Source: Octopus vulgaris
Lineage: Eukaryota
NCBI GenBank assembly: GCA_951406725.2
Contig: OX597818.1
Coordinates: forward strand, 113,956,001-114,020,000
Length of the DNA: 64,000 bases
Direction: 5' to 3'
Part shown: piece by piece, positions 1 to 13,447 of the stretch
Numbering within the stretch: the stretch's first letter is position 1
Layout: each line of letters starts with the position of its first letter
Position numbers and translations under genes: made by a program
The notes under the pieces: generated by a model
What the model was told of the DNA's origin: nothing
The model's input: the letters and a program-made list of their open reading frames with translations, nothing else
Databases searched by the model: none

Positions 1-1014
1 CCCTTGCATTTCACCATCTCTCTTTCTTAAACCTTTGCTGTTCCTTACACTCTCTCTGTCTCTCTCTCTCTCTCTCTTGCTTTTCCCTCTGGTTGGGTAA
101 CCACGTATCTCTTCTATAACAGTACACCTATTTCTTCTCTCATTCTTGATCACTCTCTCTTTCTCCTTGTTTTTCCTCTGACTAGGTAACCAAGTATCTC
201 CTTTACATCAGCACACTGTTTCTGTCCTCTTTCTTCTATCTGTCTCTCACTCACTTCCTCTCACTCCCTCTCCCTCCTCTCTTCTCTCTTACTTTCACTG
301 GGTAACCATGTACCTCCTCTATAGCATGACACCTATTTTTGCCTCTCTATTTCTCTGCCACACTAACCTTTCTTCATCTGATACTAGATCACCTCCAATT
401 CCCCTTCTGTCATAGCAAGATACCTGTTTCTGTCTCTCTGTCACCCTCTAACCTTTCATCCTCTGATACAAGCTCCCCTCCTCAAATGCCACTGCCCTCT
501 TGCAAGTTAATTGGTGACTTCCAGTGCTGGTGCCACGTAAAAAGCATTCAGTCCACACTGTAAAGTGGTTGGCATTTGGAAGGGCATCCAGCTGTAAAAA
601 CCATGCCAAAACTAACCTCACCTGTGCTAGTGCTACGTAAAAATCACTGAGTCCACTCTACAGAGTGTTTGGTATTAGGAAGAGCATCCAGCTGTAAAAA
701 TCCTGCCAAACAGACACTAGCCTAGGGTAGTTTTTCTACTTAGTTGGCTCCTATCAATTGTCCTACCTTTGCATGCATGGAAGATGGACGTTAAACGATG
801 ATGATGATATATAAACAAACACGTTAACGTCTAGTTTCCATGCTTAGTGTTTGAGACAAATTTTCTGTGGCTGGTTGTTGTTCCTGTTGCCACCCTCACC
901 TTTTTCCAAGCTAGGTAATATTCTTCCGTAACCAGACATACTTTCGTATGACTTTGTATAACAGTGGCACTTGTTTACAACTATCTTGTGATGTAAAGAC
1001 AAGGAGTTTCTCTT

Positions 1015-1045
<31 letters not shown>

Positions 1046-1734
1046 GGAGCTTTTTTCAGTTTCTGTCTACCAAGTCACTGATATTAAACCTGAAATGATG
1101 TACTTTTATATGTGTGTGTATGAATATACACACGCATACATGTTTTATATATATATATATATATATATACGTAAATTGTGTCATCATCATCAATTAATGT
1201 CTGTTTTTCATGCCAGCATGTGTTGGACTTCTTTATCAGTTTCCATTGTTTTGGCATGGTTTCTATGGCTGGATGTCCCTTTTAATGCCAACCAATTTAC
1301 AGAGTGTACTGGATGCTTTTTATAAACTGGTTGGCATTAGGAAGGACATCCACCTATAGACACTGTGTGTGTGTATATATTCAACCCTGTCCATTTTTCA
1401 TGTTGGGGTCATGAGAATAGTGTCCTTGGGCACCTCCTCCATAGGGTTGTATCACATATACACACATCACCATCATCATCATTTAATGTCCATTTCCCAT
1501 GCCAGCACAGGTTGGACAGTTTGACAGGAACTGGTCAGCTGGAGAACTGCCCAGGTTCCAATTGTCTATTTTGGTATAGTTTCTTTGGCTGGATACCCTT
1601 CCTAATGCCAACCACTTCACAGAGTGTGCTGGGTGCCTTTTTATGTACCACTAGCAGGGGTGTTTTATATGTGACACTGGCACAGGTGCCTTTTACATGG
1701 CATCAGCATACACATTTTTTTGCAGGCTATACAT

Positions 1735-1965
1735 GCGAGTTGTTACAGTTTGTAACAGGTCTTTCTGCATAGCTTCTCTGGTGGTTCACCAGGCCTGTGT
1801 GAGACATACCTATGTGGCCACAAACTTCACAGATGAGGTGAGGAACTGTAGGATCAACTGAATTGTCTTTCATGCTGGTCTCTTTATGTGTGACCACCTT
1901 GTTTGCTTTTCGCTGGAATGTTATCACTCTATCATAGATTCTTTGTTTCAAGGTTTTCCTATCAT
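1735..1965 (-). mobile_element. RTE-type LINE C-terminal fragment with C2H2 finger
   Basis: HLICEVCGHIGMSHTGLVNHQRS resembles the terminal CxxC...GL.xH motif of RTE ORFs. Confidence 0.55.
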
Positions 1966-2934
1966 ATGTACATATATACACCTACATATACTCAAATATA
2001 TTTGTATACCTGTATATATAAACACATGCTATATATATAACTGTATACACATAAAGTGTATGTGTAATCATCGTCATCATCTTATGTCTGTCTTTCATGC
2101 ATGCATAGGTAGGATGGTTGATAGGAGCCAGCCAGGTAGAAAAACTACCCTAGGCTGTAGAGGAGATATGTGGCTACCCAGCCAAATGGGAGAGAAAGAG
2201 AGTAGGAAAAGGCAAAAGTGTAAGAGAGCAGGAGAGAGAGACGGTGGAGTACCAGGGTATATTCACAAATAACCAGGATCAGAGCATAGATGTGATGGTA
2301 AAGAAACGAGAGGTATGAAGGTCATAATATACACAGTCAGGTATTGTCAAGAAGGTGCAAGTAGGGAGTGGGGATTGCAGTGATTGGCAAAAGCCTGGTT
2401 GAGGGCAAGAAAGGGGATTGGAAGACAATCATAGCTTATGAAGAGGAAATGTAAGGAAGAGAGAGATGCTGTTTAGAAGAGATGTAGTTCAGTTTCTTGG
2501 AGTAGGCTGTGTGAAAAGTTTGTTGTTGCATGTGGGTGGGACACAACTCTTCTAGCACTCAGTTTTGCTGATGTGGGCAGGTCTTCTCTAGAATTTCATA
2601 TTGCTAAACATTTTGGTTCATTGTCATTTCTTCTGTGAGCTGCAACATCCTAAGATCAGTCCTCACCACATCATCCCATGTCTTCCTGAGTCTCCCTCTT
2701 CCAGTGACAGACACTTCTTTATACAGCTGTCTTCACACACATGCATCACATGTCCAAACCAACGCATTCTCCTCTCCTAAATGCCACATTTAACTCCTCT
2801 TATGCTTAACTTTTCTCTCAACTCACTTGTGTTTTGTCGGTCATGCACAGTGATGTTGCAAATCCATCGGAGCATACTACCTTCAGTCCTCTTCAATCTA
2901 CGCATTTCCTCTGCAGTCAGAGCCTGTGTCTCTA

Positions 2935-5920
2935 CCAGTAGTGGGCACAGCTAACCAAAAAGTTAACTTCTCTAACCGCTAATCCGCTAACTAAAAAAGC
3001 TTTACAAATACTAAAGAGTTAAAAGAATTAGTGGAAGCTAATACTAACTGACAACCACTAACTATTATCATATGAATTTAGTTTCAGTTTTTTTTTTTTT
3101 GCTCTAAAACCCCTAAAAACAAACTTATAGAGCTGAAATTTTTATGTTTGTAGCTTAGACATAGAGCTTTCCAGAAGGTAAATCGTGCTGAAATTAGATG
3201 GTGATCAAAGTATATGCAAATAAATGAACAAATGAAATTTAACATTAGTTTTTCCAGCAACATACATTTTATTTACTGTACAAAAATTATTAAACAAATA
3301 GCATTGGTATCATGCGAAAATCAGATGATGATCAAGGTGTACTAATCTGGCTGGGCCTTCTCCATTGCTTTGACGTGATGCTGGTTGCCCTTCATAAGCA
3401 TCAGCCTCTCAAAGTTACCATCTGACAGGGTGGCTCTCTTGGACCTCAAAATATCTTTGCCTTTAGAGAATAGGCACTCAACTGCAGCACTGGATGGGAT
3501 GATAGTGTTATGCTTGGTGAACAGGTTGATCAAGACCTGTTCACCCAAAAAGGAGACTTCAGTCAGGGCTTCCTTCGAGATGGCCTCTAGCCAGGTCTTC
3601 AAGTTCTGTGCCTTGGATTTCAGTGACCTGTGGTTTCTGCTCTCCCAGAACCAAGTGATGGTGCTGAAGAAATCATCATCTTCATTGCTGGTTGTGCTGC
3701 TGTCCTCCTCATTGGTCTACATTAAGGCTGTCTTTACGATGGTTTCCATGGTGTTCATTACTCTGCTAAACTGGCTGTTATTATACTGCTCCATTCAGAA
3801 CAAGCGAAACTTGGGGTAGAAGGCAGCCGCCTGCTGGTACTCCAGGTCTTCTAGGAGGAGCCCAAACCATTTCATGATGCCTGCCAGCATTGCATCTACC
3901 AGAAGACTGCAGTTTGATGTTTGAATTTGGCCTCCTTCAACTTCATGACAGTGGCCACTACAGTTGGCCTAAGGCTCCTGAGATAGGCTTGGTCCTTCCC
4001 TTAGATTTTATCCAAAGCCTGCCTTGGCAACATTAGACATCACCTGGGCATACTCCATCAGGAAGCTGACATCAGAATCAGTGAAGATCTGCAGCTTCAG
4101 CTGTGTCATCACCCTGTGGACACCTCCCCTATTCTTCTCCAGCAGGTTGTTGAGGACAACAACAGAGTTATAGGTAGAGTTTCATCTGTACCAAACTGCA
4201 AAAGTGCCTTAATGTTTTTGCCACTGTCCATCGTGTTCCTGGTCACCTTGTTGTGCAGATGGAACTTTTGTTGGGTGTCCACCATGGCCTCTGTGAGAAT
4301 ATCAAAGGTGTCCTCTGAGCTGAGAGCAGGCCATGACAGCATGTTATCTCATGCGGGTCTTGGGATCTAGCCAGTATGCCATCATCGCCAGGTAGGACCT
4401 GTTATGAGCTGACCAGCAGTCTCCAGTGGTCACTATCCAGGGGACATCCTAGAGCAGTCTGTAATTAAAAAATGTTAAATTGTAAAGAGATGTAAGGTGT
4501 AAAGTTAAAAACTTAAAATTATATATATTTAATAATCAAGGTGATTAGCAGCAATTTAAAACCAACAAGGATATAATTCACCATCACTAAGAGTGACAAG
4601 GGTACAGTGAGCACCAGCATTGCTAGAAATAGGAGTTGTAGACTCTTTAGCCACAAAAGCACATGGTCTCTTTGTATTGACAGTGGAGAAAACCCTCCCC
4701 ACTCTGAGTGAGATGCATTAGATTAGCATGCTAATTTCGTATAGGAAATCAATACTCATCAGGAATGCTCACACCATCACAGCTGGTAGAGGCCAACTCA
4801 CCATGTTAATATTATGGAGAATGCCATTGGAATTAGTAATTTATTTCACAAAACGGCCATGTGAAAATTAAAAAATAATCAAGATGGCCAGCAGCAATTT
4901 AAAACCAAGAAGGAAATAATTCACCATCAATATATATAAACTGATGCAGAGTATGATCAAGGCTGACTAAAAAGAAAGAAAACTAACCTCAGATCTGCAT
5001 CTCCATACAAGCTGCAATGGTATTTGTGAACATATGGTTTGTACAATTTTTTGCAGGAAGGATGGAGGTGGGACATTTGATTGCAGTATCTTATAAACCA
5101 TATTTTGTTTAAAGAAATCACACAGATTGTAGTTTAACATTTGTTTCCAGGTTATTCTAAATTCATGGAAATATTGTTTATAATTTAAAGCCTTGTTATT
5201 AAACTTTTGAAAATAGTGACACTATCTTGATAGGTGACATGTTGTGGGGGATGAATAACCGAGATGAGGAATGAAATGATGTTCGGAATTTGATAAGTTC
5301 AGAACTTAAAGTTTGTTTATTTGTCATTTCATTAAAAACTGCTATTTTGGCCATGCAGACTTAATAAGTGGAATATATATATTTATATATATATATATAT
5401 ATACTGTATATTAGATATTATGATATTTATTTCAATTAGCTGTTATGTTATATTACATTAAGAAAATAGTTATTTAAAAAATAATTAAATTAAATTAAAA
5501 TATGAAGCACACCATTATAATTTAATAATCATGTATAATTTTAATTTATAAATACCTTGTAAGATACTCCTCCAGCTGTTAATGGCAGGACATCGTCTTG
5601 CTGGGATTTAGCATCTTGATCAGGCTGACCAAAGTGTGGGAATCCACTACATGCAGTGGTAGCATTTTATCAACAAACAGTTCTACAATTCTTCTGTCCA
5701 CCTTAGACTGAGGGATGCCAGTGCCAGCAGTTTGGGCAAATGCCTTGCCAATGGTGGGCTGGCGTGCTTTCTTTGCACATAGCTGGGACAACTGGCTACT
5801 GGCATTGCTACTAGAACTGACTAGAACAGTGGCTACTGGCACTGCTACTAGAAGATTATGTCTCAAGGAGGAGCCGGCCTTGATCCTCCCCTCAAACTGG
5901 ATGGCATGTGTTGGGTGTTT
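2935..5920 (-). mobile_element. Decayed hAT DNA transposon with intron-containing transposase
   Basis: Terminus CAGTAGTGGGCAC at 2935; C-terminal dimerization motif PSSAAVECLFS...KRATLSDGNFE; TTGDCWSAHNRSYL (first catalytic D); MDSGKN; N-terminal DKMLPLHVVDS...LNP. Confidence 0.85.
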
Positions 5921-7640
5921 CCGCTTGACTGGGGTCTGGGAAGCCAGGAGGCTGCATCAGGCTCCAGTCTGATCTGGCAGTCTTTCTATAGCTGGATGCC
6001 TTTTCTAAAGCTAACCACTCCATGAGTGTAGTGGGTACTTTTTACGTGCCACCAGCACAGGGGCAGTTTGAGACCCCTGTAGTTATTTCTATCGAGAGCA
6101 TCACCTTTACCCCTGTAGCAGTTGACTATGGTGCTGCTACGCCAGTCATTGGGTATAAACAGGTTAACAGAGAAATGTTTGCATATGACATGTGGTGGAG
6201 CAATAAATTTTAAGTGTGCATGGAAAATGTGTTTTCAAATGCCCAGGAGGACTTTTAGAAGTAGTGTATAGCTTCTGTTATCTAGGTGGTGGAGGATATT
6301 GTCAAAGCCAGAGTAAGAAAAGGGTAGAAAAATTCAGGCATCTATTATTCTGTGGCAACAAAAGGTTTCTTTCTCAAAGTGAAATCTGAATGTATGATGC
6401 TCAAGAAACCAATTGTAATGCTGCACAGTAGTGAAATGTGGGCCCTGAATGTTGAGGACATGCGATGACTAGAAAGAAATGAAGCAAGCATTTTCTACTG
6501 GATGTCATGACTATGCATGATTGATGGAGTACAAATGTTTGAAGAAAAAAAGTGGGCATAACAAGAATCAATTGTAGTGTGCAGGAGAGAAGACCACATT
6601 GGTTTGGGTATGTTCTGTGTATGGATGTGGATATCTGTATTAAGTGCTGATAGTTCACAGGAGATGGAATGTGTGCAAGAAGACCTGAGACTTGTAGAAG
6701 AGTTGACGAAGGGTGAAGATGATTGGAAATCTACAATACTCATGAAGTCCTATCCTTGTGTTAGCACATTATGATTGAGGCTCTCAAAGCACACAACTAG
6801 GTCCTTGCTAAGTCTATAATTCCTGCTTCCTTTTCTCCCTATTTGAGCAACTAGGTCCCTTCTCTGTGCCACTTCCTGTTGACATCCATCCCTCATTTTT
6901 ACTATCACCTACCCTCCTCCCTTGTTGGTATCCATCTTTCATTCTCCCTTCATTTGCAACCTTTAATTCCCTCACTCATCCCTCTATTATTTTCCTGCAT
7001 TCTGTTGCTATAAGAATTGAGTGCAGAACCTCTTACTTTATACCATACTTCATCATTGTCTCTGTGCTGCTAGTCATCACTCCTTCTCTTCTGTGTTTTT
7101 CACAATCAGCATCCATTCTTATTGTCACCACTCATTGTTACCAATCCCACCTCTGTTCAGCATTCACTACATTCATACACCATATCTGACTACTCTCCTC
7201 CCTCCCTGTTTATATCCATATCTCATTCACCTCTCAAACTCTAACAACCCTTCCTACTGTCCTCCCTGATTTTTCTGTATCCGTGCTCCCTTTTATCCAT
7301 CTCTTGGCCATGTTACTCTGAGGGTGTGTTCTGGTATCTTGTCATCACTGATCTTCTATCCTCCTTCTCAGCTGAAGTGGTGGTGTGGCTCTTTAGTGTT
7401 GCAAGTTGCTGGGTAACACTGAAAATGAAAGCACCCAGTATATTTTGTAAAGTGCCTGGTGTTAGAAAGGGCATGCCAAAACTGGGACACTAAATCTTCT
7501 GACCTGCTATATCCTATCATGACATCCAGCCTATACCTGCATGGAAAGTAGATGTAGAAATGATGAGGATGTGTGTGTATATGTGTCAGATTGACTGTTC
7601 TCACCAGAACGTCCTTTCCAGGTGAAAAATGTACTACTCA

Positions 7641-8027
7641 GGCGCAGGAGTGGCTGTGTGGTAAGTAGCTTGCTAACCAACCACATGGTTCCGGGTTCAG
7701 TCCCACTGCGTGGCACCTTGGGCAAGTGTCTTCTGCTATAACCCCGGGCCGACCAATGCCTTGTGAGTGGATTTGGTAGACAGAAACTGAAAGAAGCTTG
7801 TCGTATATATGTATGTGTGTGTGTGTTTGTGTGTCTGCGTTTGTCCCCCTAGCATTGCTTGACAACTAATGCTGGTGTGTTTACGTCCCCGTCACTTTGC
7901 GGTTCGGCGAAAGAGACCGATAGAATTAGTACTGGGCTTACAAAGAACAAGTCCCGGGGTCGATTTGCTCGACTAAACGTGGTGCTCCAGCATGGCCGCA
8001 GTCAAATGACTGAAACAAGTAAAAGAG
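7641..8027 (+). mobile_element. tRNA-derived SINE (family A), inserted into an RTE endonuclease fragment (~7600-8410)
   Basis: A box TGGCTGTGTGGT, B box GGTTCAGTCCC, ccttgggcaag core, AGTAAAAGAG tail; flanks read SFPGEKCTTQ/RLVVNYFRL. Confidence 0.88.
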
Positions 8028-9464
8028 TACTCAACTCAGGTTAGTTGTTAATTACTTCAGACTTAGAGCTAGAAGGCCTCAGAGATACAAGCCCGTCTGG
8101 AAAAGTAAGATATGAAAGCTTAAAGATCCATTGAGCAGTCAAAAATTTTAGAGAAATCCTAACTGAAGCATTTGAGAAAAAGGTGGAAGACCTACAGATG
8201 TATGATACACAAGATAACTAGAAGTTCTTATCGGACAACTTACTGAGGGTCACAGACCAAATCTGTGGCTTGTGCAAAGTTCTAGCCAGGCAAAAGGAGT
8301 CATAGTGGTGGAACAGTAAAGCAGACAGAGCCATAAAAGCAAAGAGACAAACTTGGATTAGAATGAGTGTCACAGAATTATATCAGATAGCCAGAAGAGA
8401 AGTCAGGTAACTGATTGGAAATAGGAATATAAAATCAAATTCCTCGTGGTCTGAATGGAAAAATTTTAACATTTTATAAAAGGATATTGAAATTACAATT
8501 AAAGAAGCAAATAAATGTAGTGCTGTTATTGTAAAATAATAGAAAATAATAATTACTATGAAGATATTGGCAATAAAAATAATGGAAAATTACTGATTTT
8601 ATTGAATATGTACTAATATTGTCTCCAGATGATTTGAAATTAAGACCAATTATGGCAGATCTTGTAGGTTAAGTAAATTTTGGGGGATCCAAAATATATT
8701 GTTTTATTCTATATATATTAACCATTTTCTTTAATGTGTGAAAATACATTAATATCCCTCACAATTATGGATTCATTGCAATTAGATATTACCTTGGTAT
8801 ATAACAGTTTAAATTACCAGAATATTTGGACAAAATTTCATCTTTGTTAGTCTGAGATTCCTATTAGGAAGTAATTATTTCATATTTGATGACTCAGCAT
8901 GCTGACAAAGTTTAGGGACTGCAGTGAGTATTATAGTCCCCTCCTCCATACCAATTTGAGATTTGATTCAAGTGACTCTTAATTGCTGATCTGGTCAAAA
9001 TGTGCATTAGTGATAGAAACACGATTTGTTGTATAAAAGTAGTAGTATTAGAGTGGCTGGAAGATTAAGTAAAGCAAAAGTGTGCAACAAAGAGAGATGA
9101 GAGCCAATGAAGAGATGAAAACGAATTTCAACTGGTTTCAACATTGAAGTATTTTGCATCAACTATTTCAGTACACATTTTCAGTCTGATTCTGGTTCTC
9201 ATGCAAGCATGTAAAGTGGCTGTATTAACTCTTAGTGTCCTGTATGATACAAATCTACCTCTCAGCGCATGTATTTGTCAGCCTATTACCACTTGAAACT
9301 GTCTGAATCAGTTTTATGTTATGTTTTATTGTCACAGTACAGTGTTTGTAGCAAGGTTTGGATTTTTGAGTTCTGGGTCATTGTTTTGACACTAGATACA
9401 TGTTGTCTTCTTGACATTTGAATTTTTTACTTGTGAAACTTAAATGCCATTTCAGCTTGCAGTA

Positions 9465-10624
9465 TAAGGTGCATCAGTTTGTTTTTTGTTTTGAGGTCAT
9501 TTGCATGAATTTAGAAAAAGATGCATAGTTCATCAAAGAAAAGCTATATTTGTAAACAAATGGTACAAATAATCTTGAGAATCCCTTTATCCCACCAGTT
9601 CAATGAATCTTCTGCTAGCATCTATGGCTGCTTCAATATGGGGTTGGAAGTGTTGTCATGCCAAAATCATGATCTCGCAATTTTGAATATAGTGCTGGTT
9701 ATGGTAAGCTTGAAAGATTGTATGGGGTGGTGTTGATTGATCTCTCTTGACTACACCCATCTGTATTTGTCCAGTGGATTGACGTCTGGTGAATTAGGAG
9801 GCCAAATGACAGTGAACATGATCATGGAAATTGGTACACACTCATGCTTCAGTTGTTCTGACTTTGAGATGGTACAGAGTCTTGTTGGAAGACATATGGT
9901 CTTCCATTGCATACTATTTCTATCCAGGGCTTCACAACTTTCTCCAACACCTCCGTAGAAAGCAGCATTGACTATTAAGCACTGTGATAAAAAGGGAGGA
10001 GGCATGATATCTCTCTTGTTGCTGATGCCTCCCAGAACTATCACAATTGCTGGGAACTTACTAAGCATGACTGTTGGAATCTCATTCGAGTCTATGTGCA
10101 ACCATCTGTTTACCTTCAGTTTACCTTTTGGCCTTGATTGAAGTTTTTCTCATTGAGAAGAAGCAAAGCATTCCAGCCACTTGGTGTTTTAACTTGTTTA
10201 GTCACAACTATCACATCCAGCATAAACTGACACCTCTGTATCATACACAACTTCTTTTGGATGTCCTCATGCACAACTCTTCTGATGGAACATTCTGAGA
10301 CCGTGAGGTCCTTTGCAATGGCTCTGATTGACTTACCGGGGTTTTTATCTGATAGTTTTAGGACCCTATGCACACTGTTTGCATTTAGCTGCTAGTGTTG
10401 GATTCCCATTAGCAACTTCCAGCTCCTTTCAAACTTTGATAACAAAGGATAGGGCATCTTTCAAGAGGTGAGCTATCTCTGTATCACTATGCATCACTTT
10501 TAGAGTAATATTTATCATGCCTTTTTTATTTGCTGGGTTGTCTGACATTATTTATCTGGAAAGTGAGTTTAAAAAAAAAAAAAGAGCTCTTGAAAAAAGG
10601 TGACCAAAAAACTGATGCACCTTG
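9465..10624 (-). mobile_element. Near full-length decayed Tc1/mariner (maT/DD37D-like) transposon
   Basis: TIRs (T/C)AAGGTGCATCAGTTT with flanking TA at 9463-9464 and 10625-10626; HTH SIRAIAKDLTVSECSIRRVVHED; WPPNSPDVNPLD motif. Confidence 0.85.
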
Positions 10625-12225
10625 TATGTATTCCATGCCATTTGTAGATTTGATATCTAGTATGGAATTTAAGTCCTTAATCTTAGGCTGGCATTCTTTG
10701 TTTATGGCAATGTAAGAATACATTCTTTAAATTCCTATTGAGTAAACTATATTCTTTTGTTTGTTTTTCTTCTGATATCTTAGTGTAATTTATCATAATT
10801 TATTGAATTATCTTTGTTATTTATTTATTTTTTTGTTAATATCTTGATCTAATGAGAAAATTTGACATTGACTCTTCAATCTCAGAACTGAGTTTTGTCA
10901 AAGTGCCCATTAGCATCACACTTTTGATATTTTTTTCGTTGTTGGCATTGGTTTGCAATACACATTTCTCTACACTTGTCATGTTTTCTCAATGCTTTAG
11001 ATTACATGTTGATCACTTGCTTCTTAATTTATCATGGATTATCTCGATCGCAGCTACTGTCTGCTATGAATTCATGAAGATTTTTTTCTCTCCCAGCATG
11101 CGTCCATCAACTTATTTAATGATAACCATGCTCAACGTACTAATGCTAACTGAAATCAATGTCATATACCTTTTGCCAGTGTATATGATGCACTGTTGCA
11201 TAAGACATACACCTACATTTTTGTGGAAAAAACAAAATGTTTCATCTTATGTTCAATACCTCATCCATAAAATGGTTGCATTAGGTATGTAACAATTTTT
11301 TTGTTAGATATAAGAAAAAAAAGGCATATCTTATACACCAGCATATGGTAGTTTATGGACTCCATTCTAGTTAGGCTTTTGTTATCTGCATTTCCCTCCA
11401 TGCAACCTTACACATTTTAAGTATGCTGCATATAGTCTTCTTTTGTAAATGTAATAAAAACTATTATGTAGATTGGCTATAGATTTGTATTTTCCAAGTA
11501 TTTCCTGGAAAAAAACAAAAACATTTCTTTCAAGCGCAAAGCCCATTCTGAAGTGACTAGTTAAATAACACGTCCCTAGTGTAATATGTTAGTAATGTTG
11601 ATTCTGGTGGGAATTTTAAATACAACTAAATAAATAAGTGTTTATTCTGGTACTCAATGATTTGCATCTGTTCTCCCACACCCTAATTTATGAAAATGTA
11701 TCTTCAATAAAGATTGGTTTTAACCAATCTTTATTGAAGTATCCTCTCTCTCTCTCTCTCTCTCTCCCCCCATTATTTTGTCTTACTCTAGCTTTTGGTA
11801 TTTTGAAATAATATTTCTTTATCTCTTACTTTCTCTTTCTCTGTGAATTTTTGTAACATTGTATTTTTAATCATGGAAATATGAATTTGGATTCTTTTTT
11901 TGTTTTTAAGCAGTAACCCTCATTAGAGACTGGAGGATTTGTTATCAGTTGATAAAACATGGATTAATTAGATGTAACAGAGACTGATATTGCTCTCAAA
12001 TATTCATGTACATAGAGATTAGTAGGAATTGCTACTTTGTACTAGTGTACTATGATATTAAGTCAAGTTTAATATTGTTGATGTGTGTTAGTTATTGATT
12101 TTATTGGGTTTCTTTGAGGCTGGGTTTTTGTTTATATTAGCAATGGTTGTGCTTTGTTAGCAAAGCTATGCACTGAATAAGAACTCCCTTCATTTCCTGT
12201 GTTATACACACACATACACATGTGC

Positions 12226-12640
12226 AGGCATAACTGTGTGGCTGTGAAACTTGCTTCCCAGCCATGTGGTCTTGGGTTCAGTCCCACTGTGTGGGCACCT
12301 TCTGCAAATGTTTTCTAGTATAGCCTTGGGCCAACCGAAGCTTCGTAAGTGAATGTGGTAGATGAAAACTGAAAGAAGCCCATGCCCAGCATGGAGAATA
12401 GATGTGTAATGATGATGGTGCAGTGTGTGTGTGTGTGCCTTGTCTGGACATCACATGATGGCTGTAAATGAGCATTATTTTCATACAAGTGATGTTGTGT
12501 ATACAGTTACTTGTGAAAAGAATGTCTAGCTATCAGAAAATATTACCTTGTAAACAGATGAGGGTTGGCAACAGGATGGAATCTGGCCATGGAAAATCTG
12601 CCTCAACAAATTTCATCTACAAGCATAGAGAGTGAATGGT
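12226..12640 (+). mobile_element. tRNA-derived SINE, family A head with alternative 3' half
   Basis: Same head and core as 7641; different tail similar to 46480-46770. Confidence 0.7.
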
Positions 12641-13447
12641 AAAAGATATTTTATCTTATAACTTATAAAATTAAAATGGTAGGGTGGCTATTTCGAATAA
12701 AATGAGATGGATGCAAGAGTTAGTGTGAGAGGAATGAGATGGCATAGGTTGAGTGACTGATATCAGGGAAGGGGAGAAGAGAATTGTGTAAGTGACAAAT
12801 ATGGGGTGGCAGTGGGGTGGTAATGTTAATACAGCTGTTATTCAGGGATATACATGCAATGCTGCATGTATACTTTTGCAAATACATAGATGTATGCACA
12901 CATACACATAAGTAACTTTTAAAATGCCGAGGAAGGGACAGAAAGGTGGGTGTGAGGAATATGTTGCTTTAAGGAGAGAGAGCAGGTTGGTAAATTGACA
13001 ACAATTGTTCACAGGCTGCATTTCTCTTGTCCAAACTCATTACAAGGAATTTTTATTAAACAAAATGAAAGCAAAGCATTATGACGACCAAGATGTAAGA
13101 ACTTCTGAAGTTTTAATGAATAAAGTCTTGTGAAATGGTCAGACAGACATGTAAATAATTTAAAAAGGAAGAAGTCTTCATTGAAGTGTTTTTGCGAAAA
13201 ATTGCACAAATCTGTCCTGATCAAGAGGCCTTCTGTTTGGGAAAGCAGGGTCTGACACAGAATAAACAAAAATTTATTATATGACATTCTGTTGTTAAAA
13301 ATACCCAACAATGACAGGCTCTTCAGTGAGTATATATTATATTAATATATAGCGTAAAAACCCATGTAATTTGCATACCTGTGTAATTTACGCTGGTGAT
13401 TTTCAGGATAAAAATTGTTAAAAAAAGCTTCTACTCATATAAAATTC

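Noticed and set aside
7641-7715. tRNA gene
   Set aside because: A/B boxes belong to a multi-copy SINE head; no complete cloverleaf
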